DNA from: Strigamia acuminata
Taxonomy: Eukaryota
Length of the DNA stretch: 64,000 nucleotides
Direction of reading: 5' to 3'
Assembly: GCA_949358305.1 (NCBI GenBank)
Contig: OX442314.1
Coordinates: forward strand, 19,840,001-19,904,000
Shown: in pieces, positions 32,253 through 44,401 of the stretch
Numbering within the stretch: the stretch's first letter is position 1
How the letters are laid out: the number at the start of each line of letters is the position of its first letter
Notes under the pieces: generated by a model
Database searches by the model: none
Seen by the model: only the letters and a program-made list of their open reading frames with translations
Told to the model about the DNA's origin: nothing
Translations under genes and position numbers: made by a program

Positions 32253-35201
32253 AAGATGTGGTCATGTTAGGCTCTTAATTAGATTTCATATTTTTCCCGA
32301 CATTTATTATTTGTGGCCACTACAAACAAATAGATATACCGAAACAGTACACCTAAATCCTAGATGTTTGTACCAATTACCACACAAATATATTCTCTGT
32401 ATAAAAGCATCCGTCAGTGTTATTTTAAAGCATAACCATTTTTTAAACCGAGAAAATACAAAACTTCTATTATGTTCGTATTACTGTATGATATTTTTTA
32501 CACTTCAGCTTTAAAATTAAAAGGTGTAACAGAATTCATTTCCTTTTCTCATTACAGTTTCTTTCATTTAATATTGCGACGCAACGCTTTCACTTCATCG
32601 TCTTTTTCTGTTATTAAAATAGAATTTCATGCAAAAATAAAAAGAGGAAAAGTTAATAAAAACCCAGATTCCATTCTTTCATAATCTACTCACCCAACAC
32701 ACACAAAAAAAATAAACTCTCTGCCTAATTTAACTTCGACTCGCTCAAAAAAATAATCTCAAACATAAATTTCAAACTTTGCTATACAGTACCACGAACC
32801 GTTTCCAACGTACATTTTATCTCGAATAGTCCTCACAGCGACCAACACAAACGAATGAGTACTTGACCACTTCCCAAGTTCGTCTCACTACTTCACCTCG
32901 GTATAATGAGATGCGACACCATTTTCCGGACAAAAGCAACGTCGTTACTACAATATGCTAAGGATGTTCCACATAACATAAAAGACATCATTTTCTGCAA
33001 ACTGCTAAGGCGAACTAACTAAACCCGCTGAGATCAAGACATTTTACCAATTAATAACAGTCACGAGCTTACTTGTTTGTTCATTCTTACTTTATTTGCT
33101 TGCAAATATATGAGAGATTTGCACAATTTACGTCGTTTAATTATTCACATTTAAGAAACCCCTCTTTAAACATTTAGTTTGCATTAATTACGAGTAGTTT
33201 TGTGCAATAAATTCTTGTTAGTAAATCCTTAGCTAACTGCTAAGTTGCACGCTTAAAAGCAACCCCTGAATTCTCGCTTTTTCGCACGCCAGTGCCGCGT
33301 AGTGCAGCCGTGCCGTTCGAGTTGGGGGCAGCTGAGAGTGACAGATGCGCAAGATTTCATTGTTGTCCCTAGGCACAGCAATTAAAGATGCCGAGCATGA
33401 AAGAAGACGAAAGAGAGGACTGGGTAACGTTGTCTAGTGTCCTCGTCTCGTTATCAACTGTATCTGTTTCCCCCTCATCACCCAACTTCCAACCTGTTCC
33501 GTACGCCACAACACTCGAGGGAATGCCATTGAGAAGTGTGAACAAAGATCTCGCACAGAATTACGAGCAAAGGTGAAAACTAAGAAGAAGAAAAAGAAAG
33601 TGAAATTTACGCCTGCTTGCATTACAGTGTAAATTTATCACTTAAAATGGAGCTAATCATCATCATCTTCTAAAGGCCTTAATTCCAGAGCGAGAAGGTT
33701 TCGAGTTAATTATGAATTTCCCGCTGGAACTGCGCATGCTCGCTCTTCTTGCACTTCAATTTAATTATTTGATTACTCGATATATTGAGCAGAGTTTCAC
33801 TCGGGTGAAATAGAAAATAAAGATGAAATTCTCAAAGGAATTTACTAGTCATGTAGCAACAGAAATGACATGTTCTCATTTACGAATAAATGAGATTACG
33901 TTCGCAAACTTCTTTTTTTTCCCTCCTCCTTTTAGATTCAGAAATATTAAATAATTGAATAAAATCACTTTGTTTTGCAATAAAAATTCGCCTCTCTTCG
34001 CAACAAGATATCAATTAAAACGTTGCTGCATAAATATTCGGTTTGTGCTTATAAACAGCTGTTCAAGACATGTTGCCATTACCGAATCATTTATCAGGTG
34101 ACATATAAGGACGCATTAGTTATGTATAATGACATTTGACCTTCGTGTTTAACACGATCAATTAAGTTGTACAATAATTATTTTAAATATTTGTTTGTTG
34201 TGATGACCTCAAAATGTCACTTCATGCAAGGCATTTACAATTTTCCACCTCTTTTCTCATGCCATGGATGAGCAACGTAATGTGATGAGGATCACTTCAA
34301 CTTTTCATTCCAGCGTCCTTTTATTCGAAATATCACAAAGCAAATTCAACTTTTTGGTCAATCCCGAATTTTTTTAGCAGTTTTAGCCATCCGTTTTGTG
34401 GTGAAAAGAACCGTCTATTTTCAGTTAAAGGTCTGTCCGCCGATAAGATTTTATCAGCAAACAGCCTTTAACCATTTCCTATGGATTCCATTGTAAATGG
34501 ATAGGACAGTCATGTGCTTACATCGTTACAGTCAATCACTTCACTCTGGCAAACATACACAAACAGTTCTATTATTGTCACATTTCATCGTAAATTGTAT
34601 TAGTTTTGCTTATTCGCCTCTAAAATTGCTGCCATCAATCCCATACACGCCAATTTTAAATTATCTGATGAAAAATTTACCATATCAGGTATATACTGTA
34701 AGCTAATACGTTCAAGCAGGATTTAATTCTATAGTAGCAGGGTTGAGGAATAAAAAAATATGCAGGTCTTTAATACAGCGCGGTGTAAAATCCTGCGCAG
34801 GGATTTTACGATCACTTTTCAATTACGTTGACCATATGTTCCACTGCAGAAATTGATGTTTCCTTCAGAATATTGATCAATTATAAATACGGAGTAATAA
34901 ATAATAATAATAAATAAAAGATGGCGCTGGTTGTGGGCGTTGCTCGCTTTTCGTCCTCCGTTTTTTGAGCGTTTTTTGCCGTATTTTGTGCTCTGGCCTG
35001 GATTTCGGTGTGTCGCGCGTATTTGAATAGTCTATGATTATATTTGAACTGTTAATTCGAGCTGAAATCGGGCGTTTTCGGTGAAGTAGCATCTTTGTGA
35101 TTTGGTGTTAGGCCTCGTTTGTTGTTCCAGGATTGAGTGGTCGGTGAGCAGGGCCACCTTTACCATTGGGCTAACTGGGCTGCAGCCCAGGAGCGTCGGG
35201 A

Positions 35202-35277
35202 AGAGAGGGGCGCCGGGCAAAGAGGGGCGCCGGGCAGAGAGGGGCGCCGGACAGAGAGGGGCGCTGGGCAGAGGGGT
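35202..35277 (+). repeat. GC-rich 17-bp minisatellite (AGAGAGGGGCGCCGGGC) x about 4.5
   Basis: Direct reading; follows a CAGGGCC.. segment at 35149 that looks like one end of a TIR element. Confidence 0.85.
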
Positions 35278-37076
35278 GTTGGTAGTGTTGGTGCCGTTGT
35301 TGATACCGATGGTGACAGAGATAGAATACTCGGTTCTAATCATAAAATTTTTCTCTCACTTGTACAAGTAATTAGGGAAATCAAGCGTGATCAATTGGCC
35401 TTAAAAGAAAAATGTAGAGTTAAGAAAGCAAATTCTGAAGACTGATATTGACGCCGCCATTGGTGTTCTTGTTAATAGTGAAACCTCATTTGCCGCTTTG
35501 TTAAAACGTTGTTCGACTGAGTGGTCTATTATTCCGGCTCCTTCTTGTAGAATATTGGTCTCGCGTGCGAGTTACAGGAATCAAACGGACTCCAAGGCAT
35601 CTGTTATGTCTGGCGCCAAACGCCAGCGTTTCAGCGAATCGCAAGAATCGGACGATGAACATCGTAGATCTGCCCAATCGTTTGTTGGTGAGAAGCAGAA
35701 GAAAAGAAGAATGTGTTTATTAGTTCTGGCTCTAACGGTAACCTCAAAGCAATTGTGCCAGTGGGGTTTATCTTGGCTTCATTGGAGCGACTAGTTCAGT
35801 TTTTGTATTGAGGCTTTTGCCTGAGACCACTGTAGATGATGTTTTTGACCACATTATTTTTCTTCCGGGTGTTAAGGATGTTGTGGTTTATAAATTAAGT
35901 GCTAAATTTTCTACCTATTCTCTTTCTGTGTGCGAGTTGGTACTGTTAAATTAGAGTATTGTTGATTCCTTGTTAGATCCAAATTTCTGAAGTAGATTTT
36001 GGCCTCGGGAGCTGGTGGAAGTCTTGATGCATCCTGGGGAGTTGTAGTTGATCGTCCTGAAGGTGTGCCTGTAAAATCTTCTGTTTTATTGAGTACCGGT
36101 AATGGTGGCAATGATATGGATAAAATTTCTGTTTTGAAATAACGGTAGTACTTCTTTGGAAAATATATTTTCAGTTACAACCCGATCGGAGAATGAAACG
36201 GTACCTATGTGCACTCAATGTGTGTTTTCTTATTTTTTTGCTTAATTGTTTTTTTGGTAATACTTATAAAGATACTTTTGTTAATTTTTGAAATAGATTT
36301 GATTAATTTTTTTATTTTACTTAATTTTTTTGTTTGATTTTGTAATACCTTGGTATTGTTTTTCTTTATTTCTTCTTTTTTGACATTAATTTTTTAATTA
36401 ATTTTTAGATTTTTTGTTTTGTTCGTAATTTATTTAATTATTTTCTATATTTGTTTATTTATTCTTATTTTATACATTTGGTTTATGCTGTTTAGATTAA
36501 AAATTGATGTGAATGTTATTCATACTTGTTTTGTGTGAATTGGTTTGATTTGTGCGGTTTTGTTCATCTTTTTGTTCGTTTTGTTGTTTTTTTGGATGTG
36601 AACCTATCTTTCTTTTTTCTTCGGGCTTTGGCTTTTATGTGTTCCTGGGGGAGGAACTGTTCGACGCTTTCGTTCGCTATGTTTTATTTTCAAAATGTTC
36701 GTATCTTACTTTTGTTTAATCTTTTTAATCTTTTAATCTTACTTTTCCTTCCTTGCGTTCCCAGGTTAAGATCATTATGAAACGTGATCGCTGATCGGGC
36801 TGTTTATTTTGACTGCTTGGCTTGGCTACTGCCGCACGAACTGATCCTGGAAGTTTGTAAAGCCGAGGTTTTGTGAGGCTCACTTCAATATCTTGTTACT
36901 GGTCAACGATGTCTTGGTCTCGGATCCGCAAGTTTTAGGCAACACTTGCTAGGTAATTATTTTTTGGCCAATAGACTGGGCCCGAGTAACAACGACCCGC
37001 TTGTCGGTTTTCCTTATTGTTGCTGTTCTGACCGTGTTGATCTTCCTTTGGTTTCTTTGTCCGATTTGATTGGCGC

Positions 37077-37200
37077 CAGGGCTGGACTGGGAACAAATTT
37101 ATTACCGGGAAATCTGGGTGTTCGGGCCACAATTAATGAAGTTGGGACAGGCTACAGCAGGCCACAACTCCCGGTAGCCCGCCGGGCCAGTCCAGCACTG
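37077..37200. mobile_element. 124-bp hAT MITE nested in LINE ORF2
   Basis: 8-bp TSD ATTGGCGC (37069-37076, 37201-37208); 14-bp TIRs CAGGGCTGGACTGG..CCAGTCCAGCACTG with one mismatch. Confidence 0.9.
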
Positions 37201-37434
37201 ATTGGCGCTGCTAGCAAATTGTGCCCTAAGAAGTCCTCGGATCCGAACGGTATCCCTTCCTTTATTTTGAAGGGCTGCGTCGAGATTTTTTCTGCGTTCC
37301 GCTGCCTTATACCTTTAATCTTTCCCTGACTTCTGGCATTTTTCCTTCGTTGTGGAGGTGTTCTACCTTGACCCCGGTCTTCAAAGGTAGTTCTCGCCCA
37401 GGGATCTGTTTTGGGGCCGATATAATTTAAGATC

Positions 37435-38367
37435 CAGTGTTGTATCGAACTAGAACTAATAGTTCGCGTTCGCGAACTTAGTTCGTAGTTCGCGAACTAA
37501 GAACGCAAACTAGTTCACCTTTTTTAAAGAACTTAAAAAACGAACAAAGTTCGTTTTTTTGACGCGAACTACGTTCTAGTTCGTTAACTAGTTCGTTCTT
37601 CCGACGTTATATGTCACGGCCAATCACAGACGATGATTCCATTCGTTTTTAGTTTTAAACAAGTCGAATCATTGAAAAGTGCTCGTTTCTTTCATTTGAC
37701 TTGCCGGGAAGTCGACTGTTAAGTATCGGCGGTGCTTTTGCGCATGTCGCTTGTTGCGACCTGCCGAAGAAAACTTGTCATTGTTCCGGGTAAGAAATGG
37801 TGTTTCCGTTCGATTTTTCAGGTACTAGAATGATTTGTGGTAATTTGCCACTCATTGCGAACCCAATTCATCGATTTAACGTTGTTTTTCGCCAAAAAAG
37901 GTTGATTTTTGCAGCAAAATTTCGGAAAATTTCGGTAAATATGTTTCGTCGAAAGATTTCTATAATTGTAACAACTTATTTTTAAATAAAAACATGTCAT
38001 TTTGCTATAAAACGTTCGGTTGTTTTCAATTTCTCAAAAATTCGGGATTTTCTTGTTTTCATGGTCAAAAAATATCCATTTTTGGTCGAATTTATTTCCT
38101 GTAAACACTAATAATTTAATAATTTAATAATTTTTACAGTAAATTAATGTCTTATTCCAGTATAAAATGGTGTAAATAAAAATTTGAATTCACAAAAAAA
38201 AAGTTTGTAAAGTGAACTGAACTAGAACTGAACTAGAACTGAACTAGAACTTAGTTCACTTTGAGATTTCGGGATGAACGGGAACTAGAACTAGTTCAGT
38301 AAATTGAAAATGGTGATGAACGAGAACTAGAACTAGTTCGCGATTTAGTGAACTAGATACAACACTG
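37435..38367. mobile_element. 933-bp non-autonomous hAT element nested in the LINE RT domain
   Basis: 8-bp TSD TTAAGATC (37427-37434, 38368-38375); perfect 12-bp TIR CAGTGTTGTATC; dense GAACTAG/AGTTC subterminal repeats; sits between QGSVLGP and YINDL. Confidence 0.93.
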
Positions 38368-41300
38368 TTAAGATCTATATCAATGATTTATCTTCTTTGC
38401 TGTTGAGGTTTTTTCAGTCATTTTTGCAGACAAGACCTAGATTGGGCGATCGATTGATGATCTAGGCGATTGTCTGGCTTTGCAGTGTGTTTTGGGTCGA
38501 GCGATGAGTTGTGACAAATCGTATGAGGATTAATGCTTCCAAGTCGGTTGTTATGTCATTTACCTGCAGGATTACTCGTATTTTGTTTCTGTACATCTTG
38601 GACAATTTGCTTATCCCCAGAGGTACTTCGCAGCAAGATTTAGGTGTCATTTTTGATTCATCATTGCTTTTGTCGTGTTGCAATCGTTTTCTAGATGTGA
38701 TCTCAAGGTTGGCTAGTGATTTTGTTACTGTTGGTCTTCTTTATTTGTCGTTGATACGTTCTCGTTTGGTTTTTGCCTCTTGTGTTTGGGCTGTATGCTC
38801 AGAGTACCTTGTTGTTCAACTGGAGGGTGTTCAACGGCAATTTGCGCATCCTGTGCACTGCCGCTTTTTTCGCTCCTCCACTTACAAATATGAAGCTCCC
38901 CACTATTAAATCTTTTTTGTTATGTGGAATGTATTGTTTGTTTTTGACTTAATCCATGGATGTGTTTACTCCTCAGTCCCCACATCTTCTGGGTTTGCTG
39001 AATTTTTATGTCCTGGACTATTATACACGTTCTCATTTGACTTTTGTTCCTTCACCTGTTGATTTCACCTACCGTCTGTGTGTTAATGTAAATAATTTGC
39101 AGGGTACTATTGATATTTTTCATTCGTCATTTAAGACCTTTAAGCGAGCTTTGGTTGCTTTATTTGCCTAGTTTTGTGGTTTATATGTTTTTTTGTTTTT
39201 GCAAGCCGGTGGCTGTATTTGTTTTGCTTTGCTTCGCCCTGTCTCTCCCCTTGCTGTTGGGACGTACAGGACTACTATTGTAAATTAAACAAACTCAACT
39301 ATTATTATTATATTATTATTTTAAAAATTCAAAGACACAAAAAAACTGCACTTGAAATGTTGACCAAAATCAATCCACCGCTTTGAATACTATGTTGGTC
39401 TCTAATACTGCGCTGGGAAAATTATTTTTCTGCAACTACTGCAGTAAAAGAGCTTTAATCATATAATCAAATTTATGAAAATAAAAATTCCAGCAATTCT
39501 TTCTCAGTTTTATCCATTAATTATTTCAATCCCCTTAAATATTTGAATTGACAGCAACAGCAAGAAAGTAGAAAATGATATTAACATTCTAACATTTGAT
39601 TTTTTTTTCCCTTCAAATTTCTTTTCTTTCTTTCCTTCATTTTTTTCCTATGAAACTTGACAAATTTCTTCAAACATTTCTTCCACTTTCCCGATATATA
39701 TTTTTTGCTGATGCAGTTCTCTATAGACCAAACTACTCTTTTTTCTCACTCTATTTAAACCTTTTTATTAAAAAAAAGTATAATCTCATCTGTCATTTCT
39801 AAAAACGTTTCCAGTTTATCTAAACTCAATTTTATCTGTAATTTTTTTTTTGTTTTTTTATTTTATCTTTTTACAAAATCACAGCCAAATAAAAATAATG
39901 TTGTATAAAACATTTTCGTCTGTTAGTTTAAAGGTTTCTATTAGCACATTTCACTGAGGAATACTGCATTCCTTTGTATTAAAGTAAAGTTGAAGAGAAA
40001 AAGAAAAAAGAAAAAAAACAGAAAAATTTAATCTCGGTCGCATCACAATTCGAATCTCATGTCAAACACAGTAAAGTGTTGGCAGTGAATGGCTCGTGAA
40101 TCAAGTGAAATAGAGAAGTAGAAGGAAATTCGTTGGCATGCAGGCGACACAACGTCACATCACGCCCCCACTCGGCCAGGATTAGAACTATTCTTTGGGA
40201 TAATGGCATCTAGAAAATACTCACTAGGAGAGAACTTGCCAACTGCGATACTTACAGCGCACGTGAAATGTTGCAGAATCTAACCCCACGTTAAACATCT
40301 AAAAATAAAGAAAAGAAAAAACTTTAAATCTTTTTTTTATCGATTTTTTTGTGACACAGCTTTAACCTTTAATTAGCACCTAATTAATCTTCTCATCTTA
40401 TGAGTAAACATGAGCCAGACATAGAATAAACATGATATTGGGATTGGTCTCAAAACACGTTTAAATATTTGAAGCAGAAAACCTTGTATTTGATACTAGT
40501 TCCATTTACAATCATCTCATCTTAGCACCATATAATAAAAACGATTGAGTGTCAAGTTTTCAAAAAACCTTCAAAATTTGTGGTGTTGGTTATCAGGCCA
40601 TATAAACTGAAGGCCAAGCGTTATTACATTCACATCGTTTAAGCCGACAGTTGTACAGACAATATCCAACCAGCAATCCAATGGATGGTTGAAGATGAAA
40701 GTTTGCTCTTCAACTCAAATCTAGCAATAAAATTGGTTCCTGGAAACATATAATAAGAAAAGTTATCTCCTAGATTGTGTATTTGATTGAAGAGGAGGAA
40801 CATGTCTTGTACAAAGTAACCAAACCCTGATTTTATTCAACTTCAATTGAGCTTTGATCAACTGTAATGCACGTTTCGCAGTTCCTAGGAAGGACTAAAT
40901 TTCAATTTTATTTTAAGACTATTATTTTGTAAATCCGATTAAACAAAAAATTAAATAAATTAAATAAATCGGATTTAAAATACAAGAAAATTCAAATCAG
41001 TGTGAGCATGCAGTTTTGAATATCTCATTAATTAAAGAAACATTAATGAATATAAATATTATTTTTTTTTCATAACAAGGTGTTTAGTGGATGGGAAAAA
41101 AGCATAAAAGAGAAAACAGCTGAAAACGACATGTTAAGCCTCTAAAACTTTTACTTTAAGCGGTAGAGACCAAGACCCAAAGTAATCTCCAGGGCAAGTT
41201 AGAAAACGTGCCAACATTACAGCCTGAAATAAAAAGAGACGAAGTTACATTCTCATTACAGCCCGAAGAAAGAATAAGAACAAAAGTGAGCGGGGTAAAA

Positions 41301-43894
41301 AATGGACGTCATAATTATCATCATGTAACTTTTTATTTCCTTTCATTTGCAGTAAAGAAGCTACCAATGGCAACAACAAGCACAAATACGCCCGCACGTC
41401 CTTCAGGCTCAAAATTAAATGAGAAAATATATGAAACTTCATTTACTGTGATATTCTATTTCCACGCAGACACATTTCAGCGTTTATTAAAAATTGTAAT
41501 GATTTTATAAATGATTACTTATTGTAAAAGGAAAAACCTTTGCACTATGTGATTTGCCAGTGATTTACCTAAAGGAGAAACTGCTCACATAAGTTTTTAA
41601 AAAATGTAACTAAATTCCTAAGTAAATTGAAAAACATTCTTTGAATAACTCGGGTTGAAGTGAGGAAAATTTCATTAAAAACATTTCACTGCTCGCCTTT
41701 TATTTATCAATCAAAGTGTGATTTAGAAAATCCCATAATCCTGAAAGCATAATGTAGAAAGGAAAAGTGGTCTCACCATGCTTCTCACTCCTCTTCAATT
41801 ACTTCAAACGTACAGCGGCCACTGCTGTAAGCAGGAGTAAACAATTCCGTTCCAAAAAGTCAATTCATCATGATAAATCCGTTGCTCTAACATTGGATTT
41901 CGTGGCAAATTCCTAAAATAAATTAGACAAATATGGAAGAAAAAAAAATAAACAAATAATCATTACTTTCTACATTTCAAAATACAAATTAAATTAAATT
42001 AAAAAGTAGTTTACTTTCCATTCGCACGCTCGGTTTATTAGAATTATTGTACGATAAATTCGGATCGAAAAAAGGGACACCGTTTTACAAACGTTATTAG
42101 CAATACGATTGCAGCGTGTGAAATACATCAGTATTAACAATGAATAGAATATTCCTGTTATTACAAAACTAAAAAGTTGTTTAAATTAAAATCTAAACCA
42201 ACTAAAGTGGAGTTAGTGTAACCTCCAAATTGATTTAAGACTATATCGCACAACAATTAAGCAGAAAGTTGAATAAGTCTGAAACGTAGAGGTTTAGACA
42301 AGAGGTAAATATTCATTAGTGGGCTCCAACTCGAGCCAAGGATTAATGCACAGTGCAAGCAATACAAACTTGTGCGGTTGGAGAGCAGTTTGCTTTTCTC
42401 TGCGTCATGATGGATGGAATTACATGACCACCGAGAAATATATACGGCTAATTAGTTTAATTTGCACCTAATGAGAAAGACGATTTCCAAAAGAAGACAC
42501 GCGAACATCCTTCAGTAGCTACACCATGACCACTCCCCTCGAACACACCCAACGGAAAATTGAATTCCATCATTTCCCCCCTCTCCATTTTATTGCATTT
42601 CATTTCTCTGATGAAACAAACAAGATTTACCTTTCCCGCACCACTAGCAAGAAGCCTCCATCTCCTCCCACCTAATCTCAACTCGGACAACACTCATTCA
42701 TTTGCGTGCAGGGTTTAATCCGAGTGACGATGAGAGATGGGCTGCGCTCGTCCATGCACGGGCAATGAGAATTCTAGATCCATTACTCACCTTGTTGTTT
42801 GTCACTCGGACCTGGACTGACATTGAGTGATCACTCTTTCTCAGTTCCTACGCGAGACGACCACGTCTTATATGCAATACACTGCAATGCAATGCATCAC
42901 TAAATTCCCATTGGGAAATAGATACCAAACACTCACCAATATCCACCCTCGTTCCAACGCCATGTATAAATTTCTGTCATCCGTCAAGGACGACAGAAAA
43001 ACATTTCATCGTCTAAATTCATCATTTCCAAAATCGGGTTAACCTTTTTTAGAAAAATAGAAAAAGCCATATGTTATAAATGCTATCGATCCATATATGA
43101 ACAAGGCGATGTTAGCTTTTGACTTTCGAGATTTATATATTCTTTTAAACTATAGAAGAAAAAAATCGTAAAAGACGATAAAAGTGATTTATTTGTATAA
43201 TTTTGAAGAAAATCAATTAAATATTTTGACATACCGTAGTATGTGTGTCCAATGGAATTTGTTGTTGTTGTAAGGATTATCCTTGATGCTTGAAATCCTG
43301 AAAAAAAAAAGATTTTGTAAAGACATCAATTCAAATGACCTACATGAAATTATCTTATCACACAAATTAGGCCAGCTTCAACCAAGCATATTTCCAACCA
43401 AGTCGAAAAAATCACCAACACTAACATTTATTAAAAATAAAATAAAAAATTCAAATTTATAAAAAAAAAATAATTTCATTTCGGATTTCAAAATCTGCCT
43501 GAAAATTTAGAATTTGAAAACTTATCAATTGTAAATAATTCCACTTAAACTGGGCTAAGAAAGCAAATTTAAAATTTCCTAACTAATGGAAATTAATATT
43601 TTCAAATTAAATTCACCATTTTATAGTATTCATTACTAAATTTTTTTTTTCTCTTTTAAATTAATTCAACGCTGCTTGGAGGAAGTTTTAAATTTCTGTG
43701 ATAGAAACTGTGCCAGCACTTTCACAATGAAAACTTTGACCCTTAAAATGATAACTCCTATTACACAAATGAGAAACTAAAGAAATTGAAGAAAAAAAAA
43801 TAATAGTTGGTTTCAAGTTTTGACATCACAAAATCCTTTTGCTCCAACTCCAATCAGAATTAGAAATCTCATCAAAGGTCATTTATTACGGCAA

Positions 43895-43934
43895 TATAAA
43901 CGCATCAACGCGTTTCTAGTAGCTGATCTTCAGT
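43895..43934 (+). promoter_or_regulatory. Putative core promoter (TATA + Inr) of the small secreted-protein gene
   Basis: TATAAA 43895-43900, TCAGT 43930-43934, ATG in AAACATGG context at 43954. Confidence 0.5.
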
Positions 43935-43953
43935 AGTTGATTGACGACCAAAC

Positions 43954-44401
43954 ATGGCAAAATTAATTCTCGCACTCCCATTGTTTGCACTCATTTTCAC
44001 CACAGTCTGGTGCAAAGTTGAATTCACTATAACCGCCGCAGATGGAGAAAAAGATGTCGGCTCAAAATACGAAGACATCAAAACACTCATTATGACCAAA
44101 TACGGACATATCATGACAAAAGATGGTGTAAGCTCACATTTTTTTTATTTCATTATATATTTTTATTTTTAATTAATACTTTAATTCGGCGACTCAGGTG
44201 ATGCCTCAATTTTCGGAACTTAACCAAGAGGCAATAAAAGATCTAAGATTCTCAGAAATCAGTGCAAAAGTTCAAGCAGGAGAGGAGTTGACAGAAGCCG
44301 AAGACGAGGAATTTGTAAAATTACATTTCAAATTTTTCGGTGATCTCATTACAAAATTATACAAGGAAGAAAATATGAATTTTGAATATGCTGAAGACTA
44401 A
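43954..44401 (+). CDS. Two-exon gene for an uncharacterised 125-aa secreted acidic protein
   Basis: Exons 43954-44127 and 44198-44401 joined by a 70-bp AT-rich phase-0 intron (GTAAGC..CTCAG); hydrophobic leader MAKLILALPLFALIFTTVWC; AATAAA at 44461. Confidence 0.8.

Larger units (their letters stand above)
34918..39320 (+). mobile_element. Decayed CR1-like non-LTR retrotransposon with internal deletions and nested MITEs
   Basis: ORF1 relic (PETTVDDVFDHI, LLDPNF near 35820-35990); ORF2 relics KSSDPNGIPSFILKGC, GIFPSLW..TPVFKG, QGSVLGP, IYINDL, FAD, QDLGVIFDS, LYLSLIRSRL..VW, LEGVQRQF; many stops and frameshifts; (TAT)n run near 39300. Both ends are approximate. Confidence 0.82.

Noticed and set aside
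33388..33576. 62-aa ORF ending at a possible splice donor
   Set aside because: No recognisable domain or partner exon found.
40931..40976. Short inverted repeat AAATCCGATT..AATCGGATTT
   Set aside because: About 10-bp arms in AT-rich DNA; too weak to call an element.
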